A stretch of DNA of 64,000 nucleotides from an uncultured Rikenellaceae bacterium (GTDB taxonomy: Bacteria; Bacteroidota; Bacteroidia; Bacteroidales; VadinHA17). The position numbers were made by a program, and so were the translations under genes. The stretch lies in NCBI GenBank assembly GCA_964638955.1, contig CAZWZQ010000004.1, forward strand, positions 32,371 to 96,370, given 5' to 3'. The notes under the pieces were generated by a model. The model had not been told where the DNA came from. It did not search any database and was given only the letters and a program-made list of their open reading frames with translations. The first letter of the stretch is position 1. Every line of letters begins with the position of its first letter. Of the stretch, positions 35,587-45,274 are shown in pieces.

Positions 35587-37005
35587 ATGAGAAAAAGTGT
35601 ATTTTTTTTCATCGTGTTTCTTCTGCCGGTATCAGGTTTCTGTCAGTTAAAAAATAATTACGAAATATCACTTACAATATCAGGTCTCAGGGATTCTTCA
35701 GTTTATCTTGCATATCATTTCGGTGAAAAACAGTACCTTAAGGATACGGTAAAGCTCGACAGCAGAGGTCACGGAATATTTTCAGGACAGGAAAGCCTTG
35801 CGCAGGGAATTTACATGATTGTGCTACCCGGCAAGAACTACTTTGAATTTCTTGCTTCAGACGACCAGAATTTTTCAATTACATGCGACTATGATGATTA
35901 TTTCAATACACTCAGGTTCACAGGATCGGATGAAAATTCGGCATTCATTGAATACCAGAAAAAGTGGTCATCGCTTCAGCGGCAGGCCCAGGCATTATCC
36001 GGGAGGATACAAAATAACAGGCAGAACAGTGATTCGTTGAAGCTCCTTACAGAAAAGCAGAAGCAACAGGAAGAGTCAATGAAATCCTATCTCAAAAATA
36101 TTGTAGAAACTAATACGGGAAATTTGCTATCAGTACTTGTAAAATCGATGTTGCCCGTTGAGATACCCGAGTTTACTGTACCGGAGGGCACCCATAATCC
36201 TGATTCCGTCAGGTGGGTATTAAGATACAACTACAATAAGGATCATTTTTTTGATAACCTGGATTTTACAGATGAAAGGCTGCTGCGGACACCTTTGTTA
36301 TATGCCAGACTTGATGCTTTTTTCCGGAATGTTGTGATCCAGTATCCTGACTCAATTAACAAAGCCATTGACAGAGTGATAGCAAAATGTCAGGATAATT
36401 ATAAAGTATTCCAGTTTGTAGCTGTTTATCTCTTCAATCATTTCCGTGAGAGCGAAATAATGGGTCATGATGCAGTTATTGTTAAGCTGGCTGATGATAT
36501 TTATCTATCAGGAAAAGCTGACTGGATAACCGATGATTTCAGGAAGGACCTGGCCAGACAGGTTGAACTTATAAGGAATAACCTGATTGGGATGAAGGCT
36601 AAAAACCTTGTAATGGATTCATATAAGGGAGTATTTGTCTCCCTTTATGATATTGATAAGGATTTTACCATTCTATATTTCTGGGAACCTAACTGCGGAT
36701 TTTGCAAGGAAGTGACGCCGAAGCTCAAGACATTTTATGAAAAGGCAAAAGATGAAGGCATTGAAGTATTTGCCGTATGTACTATTGATGACAAATCGTT
36801 GTGGTCAAAATATATTGAGGAACACGAATTAATATGGATCAATGGATGGGATCCTGAAAGACTCACCCATTTTGATTTTTACTATAATATCCAGTCTACT
36901 CCTATGATCTACATCCTGGACAGGGATAAAACGATAATTGCAAAAAAGCTTTCAGTGGATGATATTCCCTCCTTCATTGACAACTACCGGAAATATAACA
37001 AGTAA
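35587..37005 (+). CDS. TlpA/AhpC-TSA-like thiol:disulfide oxidoreductase with DUF4369/DUF5106-like N-terminal domains
   Basis: 472 aa with a signal peptide and a C-terminal thioredoxin fold carrying CxxC (..FWEPNCGFCKEVTP..). Confidence 0.75.
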   Translation: MRKSVFFFIVFLLPVSGFCQLKNNYEISLTISGLRDSSVYLAYHFGEKQYLKDTVKLDSRGHGIFSGQESLAQGIYMIVLPGKNYFEFLASDDQNFSITCDYDDYFNTLRFTGSDENSAFIEYQKKWSSLQRQAQALSGRIQNNRQNSDSLKLLTEKQKQQEESMKSYLKNIVETNTGNLLSVLVKSMLPVEIPEFTVPEGTHNPDSVRWVLRYNYNKDHFFDNLDFTDERLLRTPLLYARLDAFFRNVVIQYPDSINKAIDRVIAKCQDNYKVFQFVAVYLFNHFRESEIMGHDAVIVKLADDIYLSGKADWITDDFRKDLARQVELIRNNLIGMKAKNLVMDSYKGVFVSLYDIDKDFTILYFWEPNCGFCKEVTPKLKTFYEKAKDEGIEVFAVCTIDDKSLWSKYIEEHELIWINGWDPERLTHFDFYYNIQSTPMIYILDRDKTIIAKKLSVDDIPSFIDNYRKYNK

Positions 37006-38007
37006 TCATCTTTGAAGACGCCGTATAAGGTCGTACACTGAATCAAAATGCTCAGTTATCTCTTTTGTAACCATCACCCATTCCTTACAATACCGGTTCG
37101 GCGTTTTTATTGTAATATCGATTCCCCTGTCTGAAACATTATACCCGGCCCTGATAACAGCTCTTTCTGTCCATTTCCGGATCATACCTTCTCCTGAGAT
37201 ACAGATATTTCCACGTGGCTCTCTCATGAATATAAAACTGCCGTCATCGGAATTGAATTCGACTATTGCTGATTCGAAGAGATGATCGAAGGAACCGCCA
37301 AGCATCAGATCTTCCGGAGCGCCTTCCAATAGTCCTGAATCCAGCATGATCCATATCTTATCGGCTTGATTTACAGCAATATTAAAATCATGTGTTGAAA
37401 AGATTATTGTTTTTCCTTCCCTGGTGAGTTCAAGCATCAGGTTGATGATCTCATACTTGCTGGAAATATCAAGAAATGCTGTTGGTTCATCCATTATCAT
37501 AATATCAGTATCCTGGGCCAGCACACGTGAAATCATTGCTTTTTGTCTCTCTCCGTCAGAGAGTTCCGAAATATTCCTCTTCCGTAAAGCAGTAAGTCCT
37601 GTTTTTTCCAAAGAATTCTCTATTGCTATCTGACTTGCCCGGTCTATTCTCCCCAGCCAGTTTGTATGAGGAAACCGGCCAAGTGAAACAAGGTTAAAAA
37701 CAGTCATATTGCTTGCCCTGACAATTTCAGTCGATATATATCCGATTTTTCGAGCCAGATCCATTCGGTTATATTCGCAAATGTTTTTATTATTTAGAAA
37801 TATCCGGCCTCCCAGGGATTCCTGTAATCCTGTCAACGTACGAAGCAGAGTACTTTTTCCAATACCGTTTCTGCCGATAACGGCAATAAGCTCACCACTA
37901 TCTGAAGAGGCTGTGATTGGAGGTATAAGCTCCTTCGTATGTTTCCCTGCAGCATAACCAATTCGTAATGACTCAAGAAGTATGATTTTATTACTTTCTG
38001 TATCCAT
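37006..38007 (-). CDS. ABC importer ATPase (FecE/BtuD type) with a C-terminal extension of about 80 aa
   Basis: It has Walker A ..GRNGIGKST.., the signature ..LSDGERQ.. and Walker B ..IMIMDEP... The likely start is the ATG at 38007-38005, overlapping the permease stop (ATGA). The ORF track extends to 38049. Confidence 0.85.
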   Translation of the reverse strand: MDTESNKIILLESLRIGYAAGKHTKELIPPITASSDSGELIAVIGRNGIGKSTLLRTLTGLQESLGGRIFLNNKNICEYNRMDLARKIGYISTEIVRASNMTVFNLVSLGRFPHTNWLGRIDRASQIAIENSLEKTGLTALRKRNISELSDGERQKAMISRVLAQDTDIMIMDEPTAFLDISSKYEIINLMLELTREGKTIIFSTHDFNIAVNQADKIWIMLDSGLLEGAPEDLMLGGSFDHLFESAIVEFNSDDGSFIFMREPRGNICISGEGMIRKWTERAVIRAGYNVSDRGIDITIKTPNRYCKEWVMVTKEITEHFDSVYDLIRRLQR

Positions 38008-39074
38008 CAGAATATACCAGTTTCTTTCCTTCTGCGAAGTATTACCCATATCACAACCGGGATTCCAATCAACGATGTAACAGAGTTCACCGGAAGGATA
38101 TTTTCGTTACCCGGAAGCTGCGATATAATATCGCTGATAAGCATTATAATCCCACCTGCCATAATTGTTCCCGGGACCAGTATTTTGTGATCAGAACTCC
38201 TGAACAGGTTCCTTCCAATATGAGGAACCGCAATTCCAATAAATCCTATCGGGCCGCAGAAAGCTGTAACACTTCCCGCCAGTATGCTTGTGCAGGCAAA
38301 AATCAGCAATCGTGATAACCTGATATTAAGCCCTATACTACCCGCATAATTCTCTCCGAGCAGCAAAGCATTCAGTATCTTAACAGAAGCTATACTTATA
38401 ATTGTACCTGCAGCAACAGTTATTGTAAGTACTTTCAGCTGTCCACCTGAAAGGTTACCGAGACTTCCCATAGTCCAGATTACATATGTTTTCAGCATAG
38501 TTTCACTGCTGAAATACTGCATTATACTGACAATGGCCGAGATACCGCTTGCCAGCATTATCCCGATGATCAGGATTGTCATAATCTCCTTAATTCGGGA
38601 TGAGATAAACATGATCAGTATCATTACTACTCCTGCTCCTGCCCATGCCGATATTACAAGAACCCAGTTGCCGAAATTCTGGAGGTTCCCCGGGACAAAG
38701 CTTGCAGAAAAACCAAGTATTACAAGTGCAACGCCCAGGCTTGCCCCGGAGCTTACTCCCAGGACATAAGGCCCGGCCATCGGATTTCGGAAAATTGTCT
38801 GCATCTGCAGTCCGCTTATTGACAAAGCTACACCGACAGTAAGTGAAGTAATGGCTTTTGGCAGCCTGAATCTGAGGATTATTGTTTCAATATTTGTATC
38901 TGCAGTACCTGCAAAAACCCTGAGTATCTCTGCAGGTTTAATAGACACCGACCCTATAAAAATATCAAGGATGAAGGCAATTACCAGTATAATAGCCAAC
39001 AGGGTAAAGATAGTTGTGATCTTACCTCCCGGTTCCGGTACTTTTACAGCTAATATTTTATTGTCAGTCTTCAC
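38007..39074 (-). CDS. FecCD/BtuC-family ABC importer permease
   Basis: 355 aa with about 9-10 TM helices. The Gly/Ala-rich helices are typical of type II importers. Confidence 0.85.
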   Translation of the reverse strand: MKTDNKILAVKVPEPGGKITTIFTLLAIILVIAFILDIFIGSVSIKPAEILRVFAGTADTNIETIILRFRLPKAITSLTVGVALSISGLQMQTIFRNPMAGPYVLGVSSGASLGVALVILGFSASFVPGNLQNFGNWVLVISAWAGAGVVMILIMFISSRIKEIMTILIIGIMLASGISAIVSIMQYFSSETMLKTYVIWTMGSLGNLSGGQLKVLTITVAAGTIISIASVKILNALLLGENYAGSIGLNIRLSRLLIFACTSILAGSVTAFCGPIGFIGIAVPHIGRNLFRSSDHKILVPGTIMAGGIIMLISDIISQLPGNENILPVNSVTSLIGIPVVIWVILRRRKETGIF

Positions 39075-39085
39075 CGGTATCCTTA

Positions 39086-40303
39086 TTATTCTATTTTCCG
39101 GTAATAATAAAGTTCCCTGTTTCTAAATAATTCAGGATGCAATATCGTTGCAATATCTTTCAGAATCAAGTCAGGGTAAAGAGCACCGCTTTCCCAGTAA
39201 TCATTGCCTCCTTCCGGCGATATTCTCTTATTGTTATTGTACAAATTGCCGTTAATAAAACATGGCAGATTCTTTAGCCGCTGATCTATTGAAGCTATTT
39301 CCTTTTTTGATCCGGCTATGCCTGTATTCAGCCAGTAATCTGCCTCAAGAGATCTCATAAAGACATCCTCCAGCCCATATGGCATCGAAACTGATGATTC
39401 GGTATCATGCCACAGATAGCTTCCTCCTGCATCCTCAATAAGTCTGCTAATATAAGAATTGCCCGGCGAGATATACCAGGCATCCCGGAAAGGAAGTCCG
39501 AGAAGGACATCCGGTATTTCACCGGCGTTTTGCTTTACGTATTCCTTTATCTGATCATATGATGCAACAACTGATGTAAAGATTGAATCAGCCATTTTCT
39601 CTTTGCAAAACAAAGCACCAAATAATTTTATCCATTCAGCTTTTCCCAGAGGATCCTCCTCGAGATAATCAGCATTAAACAGAGCCTGTGTGCCCAGTTC
39701 TCTTAATTTACCAATATAAGCGGCTGATTCACTGCCTATTCCATACAACATAATCAAATCCGGAGAGATTCTGATAATCAATTCGTTATTCAATCCCGAT
39801 TCATAACCTATATCGTTTATCAGTCCCGCCTCTATCATAGCCGTAATCTTTTCATCAAATATATAACCTGTTCCTGATACCCCGGCAATAGTATGCCTTT
39901 CATTGAGAGCTGCCAACATTGCCAGATGTGTCGTTGACATGCAAATAATTTTTTGTACCGGAATATAAATAACTTCTGACGGATCCACTTTCAGAGGAAC
40001 TTCATTATTTCTGTTTATCAGGTAGTATGTATGTTTTATACCTGCAGCTCCCTGCCATGGATCATTTATTGTCAGTATGATACAGCTATCGGTTTTGTTG
40101 AGAGAATATCTTTCTGCGATGGTTACGATTCCCTCACTTTTTGGTGCTCCGGATTGAACATTATCATTCTTTCTGCCAACACAAGAGATTATCAGAGTTG
40201 ATATAAAACAAACAGCTATCAAGGCATATAATTGCCGTTGAAGGACAGCATGAAAAAAAAGGCTGCATCTCATAAGGATGCATGTTGATTTCCGACAAAT
40301 CAT
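39086..40303 (-). CDS. periplasmic binding protein (BtuF/FecB class, cluster A) lipoprotein
   Basis: It has a lipobox ..TLIISC.. and operon context with FecCD/FecE-type partners. The start is probably the internal M at 40273. Confidence 0.7.
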   Translation of the reverse strand: MICRKSTCILMRCSLFFHAVLQRQLYALIAVCFISTLIISCVGRKNDNVQSGAPKSEGIVTIAERYSLNKTDSCIILTINDPWQGAAGIKHTYYLINRNNEVPLKVDPSEVIYIPVQKIICMSTTHLAMLAALNERHTIAGVSGTGYIFDEKITAMIEAGLINDIGYESGLNNELIIRISPDLIMLYGIGSESAAYIGKLRELGTQALFNADYLEEDPLGKAEWIKLFGALFCKEKMADSIFTSVVASYDQIKEYVKQNAGEIPDVLLGLPFRDAWYISPGNSYISRLIEDAGGSYLWHDTESSVSMPYGLEDVFMRSLEADYWLNTGIAGSKKEIASIDQRLKNLPCFINGNLYNNNKRISPEGGNDYWESGALYPDLILKDIATILHPELFRNRELYYYRKIE

Positions 40304-40393
40304 TCCTGATCTACTCTTTATTTGTCATTGTCAGTAAAGGATTTCAGAAAGGCAGGAATTTTTAAAAACAAAACAAATATAGGTGAATTTATT

Positions 40394-41428
40394 TTAGAGA
40401 GTACCGCAGGAATTTCTAACAATAAGCTCCGGGGTCAAATTAACCTGACGTTTGAATTTGCTTTTTCCTGAGTTTTTTACCTCCGACCATATCATATTTG
40501 CAACTTTAATTGCCATTCCCGGCAGCGGTTTCCTGAGGCATGTTATTGGTGAGACCATTAAATCGAATCCCGTACCTTCTTCCATTGATATTATAGCAAC
40601 ATCCTGGGGAACACGTAATTTTCTTTTTCGTATAAAAGACATTAACGGATATACAAAAGAAGCATGAAGAGCTATAATGACATCGGCACGAAAAGGAGGT
40701 CGCAGGAGTTTTTCCAGATCAGAAAAATCGATATCATCACTTGTTCCCTTGATATCAATGTCAACAATAGCGGGAGTGTTAATACTCTCGAACTGACCGA
40801 GTGCATTGTCGATTTCATTCAGAGTATTTGTATCTGCCTTGAATGATTTGCGGTCAGTTGTTATGATAATATTTTTATAACCCAGTTTTGCAATATGTTC
40901 TGCAATAAGCCTGGCGCCGGATGATGAATCGGAAGTTACTGTACTCAGCCGCAGTGTTTTTACTGATTTCTCAAGCAGAATAAACGGATATTCTGCCGAA
41001 CGCAATGTTCGGATCGTAGAATCATCTGCAGCTTCACCAACAAGGACCAGTCCACTGAAAAACTTCCTGAAAGCATTGGTTAATCTGTCATATCTCTGAT
41101 CATCCGGATCTTTTGTAATTATTGAAAATCCCAGGCCGATACTTGCAAAAGCTTTTTGAAGATAAGGTGTTATTCCTGTAATAAAGGGGTCACTCATAGA
41201 CGGGACTATCATTCCTATTACGCCGGGTTTCTCGTCAACCGGTGAGGTCGTTTCCTTATCATCAGGTGCGCTAAAGAATCCCATTTGTCGGGCCATAGCG
41301 AGAACTTTTTCCTGGGTATCCTTTCTTATGCCATGCTGGTCGGCTTTATTATTAAGTACAAGCGATACAAGGGTACCTGAAACACCAAGTTTAGCTGCTA
41401 AATCTTTGTTTTTGAATTTTTTTCCCAT
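40394..41428 (-). CDS. LacI-family transcriptional regulator
   Basis: 344 aa with the N-terminal HTH ..DLAAKLGVSGTLVSLVLNNK.. and a periplasmic-binding-fold C-domain. Confidence 0.85.
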   Translation of the reverse strand: MGKKFKNKDLAAKLGVSGTLVSLVLNNKADQHGIRKDTQEKVLAMARQMGFFSAPDDKETTSPVDEKPGVIGMIVPSMSDPFITGITPYLQKAFASIGLGFSIITKDPDDQRYDRLTNAFRKFFSGLVLVGEAADDSTIRTLRSAEYPFILLEKSVKTLRLSTVTSDSSSGARLIAEHIAKLGYKNIIITTDRKSFKADTNTLNEIDNALGQFESINTPAIVDIDIKGTSDDIDFSDLEKLLRPPFRADVIIALHASFVYPLMSFIRKRKLRVPQDVAIISMEEGTGFDLMVSPITCLRKPLPGMAIKVANMIWSEVKNSGKSKFKRQVNLTPELIVRNSCGTL

Positions 41429-41618
41429 TTGACCGGATAATCATTAAATAAAAATAGGCTATTTTCCTAAAGTAGTTATTGGTTTTAATGTTTTTTAACT
41501 AAAAAATAACATTTACATTTTCTGATCAGCCTGCAAAATAACTCACTAAAGCATATTAAAACCACAGTAAGCATTGGTTAATACCAAAAAGGCTGCAATA
41601 GTAAATATACGGGAAAGA

Positions 41619-43589
41619 CTATCTTCTATGTGGCGATATGCCCCTTTGTTTTGCAGCCTGTTCAAGCCGCTGCTGCCATTTTGATTTCTTTGCCGGTTTC
41701 TTCCTGTTTTCTGCCAGGGTTGTCAGTAATTTATCCTCATTAATAAAACGTTTGGATATCATGTTTTGCAGATACGTTAATATATTAGCCAGGAAATAGT
41801 AATATGTCAGTCCTGCTGGAAAGGAATTCAGGATAAGCATGAACATTACCGGCATCATATATGTCATAGCCTTCATTCCAGGCTGATCCTGGCCCGGAGA
41901 CGAGCCTGTCATCTTCATCGTCAGTAATGATGATGCCGTCATCAGAAGCGTAAAAAGACTTACATGGTCGCCATACATGGGTATTCTAAACGGCAAATCC
42001 AGAATTGAATCATATGTAGAGAGATCAGTTGCCCATAGAAAATGTTCCTGTCTCAGTTCAATCGATACAGGAAAGAATCTGAACATGGCGAAAAGGATCG
42101 GGAACTGCAGGAGCATAGGAAGACATCCTCCCATCGGATTTACGCCGGCTTTCTTGTACAAATCCATTGTTGCCTGCTGCTTCTTCATTGAATCTTCCTT
42201 TTTCGGGAATTTCTTCCCAAGTTCCTCAACCATTGGCTTTAAAATCTGCATTTTTGCCTGCGACTGGTATGATTTAAAGGTTAACGGGAAAAGTACAATT
42301 TTAATTAAGATGGTGAGTATGAGGATTATAAGACCATAGCTTCGTATGTACTTTTCAAGCCAGTTAAAAACAGGAATAATGACAAACCGGCTGATCCATC
42401 CAATAATATTTTTACCAAGGAAGACTATTTTATCAAGTTCCAGGCCCTCCTTTCTCAGTGTCGAGATGTGGTTGGGCCCATAATATAATCTCATAGCTAT
42501 TGTAGTTTCCGGTCCCGGATCAAACGGCACCCCTACTTCGGCAGTAAAATAACGGATGTACTTCTCTGATGTAAGAGTTCTTGAGGAAGTAACCATGCCA
42601 TTCAGGAAAAAATTATTGGTTATGAGAACTGATGAAAAAAACTGATCCTGGAAAGCAACCCAGCTGAGTTTGGTGGTTATATCTGCCTTTTCAAGCTCCT
42701 TCTGCTGGCGGAGTCTTATCTGGTCAACTTCATCCTGGTAGTATTTATACTTTATTGTTGTATAATTCTCCTCATTCTGTCGTCCCCTCTCCTGCTGAGG
42801 TATATACATCCGCCAGTCGAGAGTGATACTATTCTGATTGGCCGGTAAAATATCATTGAGGTTCTTAAAGGTGACATCAAAGTCGATGCTATATTTTTCG
42901 GGAGCCAGAGTATACCTGTATTCTATGTACCTGTCATCGCCGGCCGGAAGTCTGAGAACTACACTTTGTGGTTCCGATTCGACTATAAAATGCTTCTTTT
43001 CCTTTTCCGGTGTAAAAAAGAGTTCATTAGTCAGTACCGCTTTGTTATCAGCGGTAAAGAAATTAAAGCCAAAATCTGTTGAATCACCCGAGAAAAGTAT
43101 CAATGGAAGTGAGTCATGTGTAGTATACTCTTTCAGTCGTGCCGAATAAACACGTCCCCCCCTGGGAGATATCTTTAATTCAATCTTGTTATTCTCAAGG
43201 ATTAATAACTCGTCACTACCCTGTGCGGCTTCTGCAAAAACGCCATACTGGCTTGCATCCGGAGAAGCCTTGACAGAAGCTACTGGAGACTCTTCAAGGA
43301 ATTTTTCAACCTGTGTTGTATCCTTTTCCGGCTCACCCTGTGTTATTCCAAGCTTAATATTCAGTTCACTGATCTTATCAAGAACTTCCGGGTTATTGGG
43401 TTTATACCTGAGAGCATTTACATATTCTGTCCTTGCCCGTTCCAGGTTCCCTTTAGCCGCTTCGGCTTCTGCCACTGTTACAGCTTTCTCAAAAGCCCTG
43501 GTATGCCGGCTGTTATTTATAACACTTGTAACAATGAAAATTGCTATAATCAGGATAATACCTATAATCGTATTTTTGTCCATTCCCAT
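41619..43589 (-). CDS. yidC: membrane protein insertase YidC (long Bacteroidota form)
   Basis: 656 aa with an N-terminal TM helix, a large periplasmic domain and a C-terminal 5-TM core (..GGCLPMLLQFPILFAMFRFF..). It is adjacent to pyrG. Confidence 0.9.
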   Translation of the reverse strand: MGMDKNTIIGIILIIAIFIVTSVINNSRHTRAFEKAVTVAEAEAAKGNLERARTEYVNALRYKPNNPEVLDKISELNIKLGITQGEPEKDTTQVEKFLEESPVASVKASPDASQYGVFAEAAQGSDELLILENNKIELKISPRGGRVYSARLKEYTTHDSLPLILFSGDSTDFGFNFFTADNKAVLTNELFFTPEKEKKHFIVESEPQSVVLRLPAGDDRYIEYRYTLAPEKYSIDFDVTFKNLNDILPANQNSITLDWRMYIPQQERGRQNEENYTTIKYKYYQDEVDQIRLRQQKELEKADITTKLSWVAFQDQFFSSVLITNNFFLNGMVTSSRTLTSEKYIRYFTAEVGVPFDPGPETTIAMRLYYGPNHISTLRKEGLELDKIVFLGKNIIGWISRFVIIPVFNWLEKYIRSYGLIILILTILIKIVLFPLTFKSYQSQAKMQILKPMVEELGKKFPKKEDSMKKQQATMDLYKKAGVNPMGGCLPMLLQFPILFAMFRFFPVSIELRQEHFLWATDLSTYDSILDLPFRIPMYGDHVSLFTLLMTASSLLTMKMTGSSPGQDQPGMKAMTYMMPVMFMLILNSFPAGLTYYYFLANILTYLQNMISKRFINEDKLLTTLAENRKKPAKKSKWQQRLEQAAKQRGISPHRR

Positions 43590-43629
43590 TCTTTCTCAAT
43601 AAAATATTATTAATTCCACATTACATCAC

Positions 43630-45234
43630 CTATTTATCGATACAAGCTTTTATGAATTTAATAAAGAGCGGATGCGGATTTATGACAGTACTGCTGTATT
43701 CAGGGTGAAATTGAATCCCTACGAACCATTTATGTTCTGCAAGTTCGATTATCTCGACCAATCCTGATTCAGGATTAATTCCCACAGGTATCATTCCTTT
43801 GTTTTTAAACTGATCAAGATACCGGTCATTGAATTCATACCTGTGACGATGTCTTTCAACAATTTCAGTCCTGCCGTATGCCTCAAATGTTTTAGAATTC
43901 TTGCTGATAATGCATTTATAACCGCCAAGTCGCATTGTTCCGCCTTTATAGATTATTTTTTTTTGTTCTTCCATAAGGTCGATTACCGGGTATTTTGTTT
44001 TGATATCAATTTCTGTTGAATGTGCTCCGTCGAGTTTAAGTACGTTCCTGGCAAATTCAATTACGGCACACTGCATCCCAAGGCAAATGCCTAAAAAAGG
44101 TATATTATTTTCCCTGGCATATCTGGCTGCAGCTATTTTCCCATCAATTCCCCTGGATCCAAATCCCGGTGCAACAAGAATGCCATTGTGATCATTGAGT
44201 CGTTCCTCAACATTTTTTTCATTGATATCTTCCGATTGAATAAAATCAACATCGATTTCACATTCATTAGCGGAACCGCTGTGTATAAGTGCTTCAGAGA
44301 TTGATTTATATGCATCAGCCAGCTCTACATATTTACCCACTAATCCAATTCTTACCGAATGTTTTGGATTATTAAGTCTGTCGAGGAATTGCCTCCATTC
44401 TGTCAGCGGAGGCTTATTCCCGATTGGCAGACCAAGCTTACGTAATACTGTCTGATCAAGTTTTTCTTCGAGCATTTTTAATGGCACCTCGTATATCGTT
44501 GATACATCTACTGACTCCACGACGGCATTTTCCTCCACGTTACAGAAAAGAGCGACTTTCCTTTTAATATCTGCATTAAGACTCCTGTCAGTTCTCAGCA
44601 CGAGGATATCGGGTTGGATTCCTTCTTCAAGAAGGAGCTTTACAGAATGTTGTGTCGGTTTTGTTTTTGACTCGCCTGTTGTTGAGAGGAAGGGTACCAG
44701 TGTCAGGTGGATTACAATACAGTTTTGTGCTCCTAGTTCCCACTTCATCTGTCGAACTGATTCTATATAAGGCAGGGACTCGATGTCACCGACAGTTCCG
44801 CCAATTTCAGTCAGAACGATCTCAAATTTATCGCCTGAGCTCACAAGTTTTATCCGGCGCTTTATTTCATCTGTGATATGAGGGATTATCTGGACTGTTT
44901 TTCCCAGGTAATCGCCTCTCCTTTCCTTGTCAATCACCGATCGGTATACACTACCGGTTGTCACATTATTGGTTTTGCTAGTAGGGACATTCAGAAATCT
45001 CTCATAATGACCCAGGTCGAGATCTGTTTCTGCGCCATCAAGAGTGACATAGCATTCGCCATGTTCATAGGGATTAAGGGTTCCGGGATCAACATTTATA
45101 TAAGGGTCCAGCTTTTGTATTGTCACCGAATGACCACGAGCCTGCAAAAGTAAGGCCAGAGATGCAGAAATAGTGCCTTTTCCGAGGGAAGAGGCAACGC
45201 CACCGGTAATGAATACATATTTAACCTTTTTCAA
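43630..45234 (-). CDS. pyrG: CTP synthase
   Basis: 534 aa with ..ITGGVASSLGKGT.. and the glutaminase site ..LGICLGMQ.. plus ..QFHPE... Confidence 0.95.
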   Translation of the reverse strand: MKKVKYVFITGGVASSLGKGTISASLALLLQARGHSVTIQKLDPYINVDPGTLNPYEHGECYVTLDGAETDLDLGHYERFLNVPTSKTNNVTTGSVYRSVIDKERRGDYLGKTVQIIPHITDEIKRRIKLVSSGDKFEIVLTEIGGTVGDIESLPYIESVRQMKWELGAQNCIVIHLTLVPFLSTTGESKTKPTQHSVKLLLEEGIQPDILVLRTDRSLNADIKRKVALFCNVEENAVVESVDVSTIYEVPLKMLEEKLDQTVLRKLGLPIGNKPPLTEWRQFLDRLNNPKHSVRIGLVGKYVELADAYKSISEALIHSGSANECEIDVDFIQSEDINEKNVEERLNDHNGILVAPGFGSRGIDGKIAAARYARENNIPFLGICLGMQCAVIEFARNVLKLDGAHSTEIDIKTKYPVIDLMEEQKKIIYKGGTMRLGGYKCIISKNSKTFEAYGRTEIVERHRHRYEFNDRYLDQFKNKGMIPVGINPESGLVEIIELAEHKWFVGIQFHPEYSSTVINPHPLFIKFIKACIDK

Positions 45235-45274
45235 AACAATAAAATCAATTAATGGTCATTTGAAATTATCCATA

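Noticed and set aside
40304-40393. B12 riboswitch upstream of the BtuF-like binding protein
   Set aside because: The spacer is only 90 nt, AT-rich and lacks any conserved riboswitch motif.
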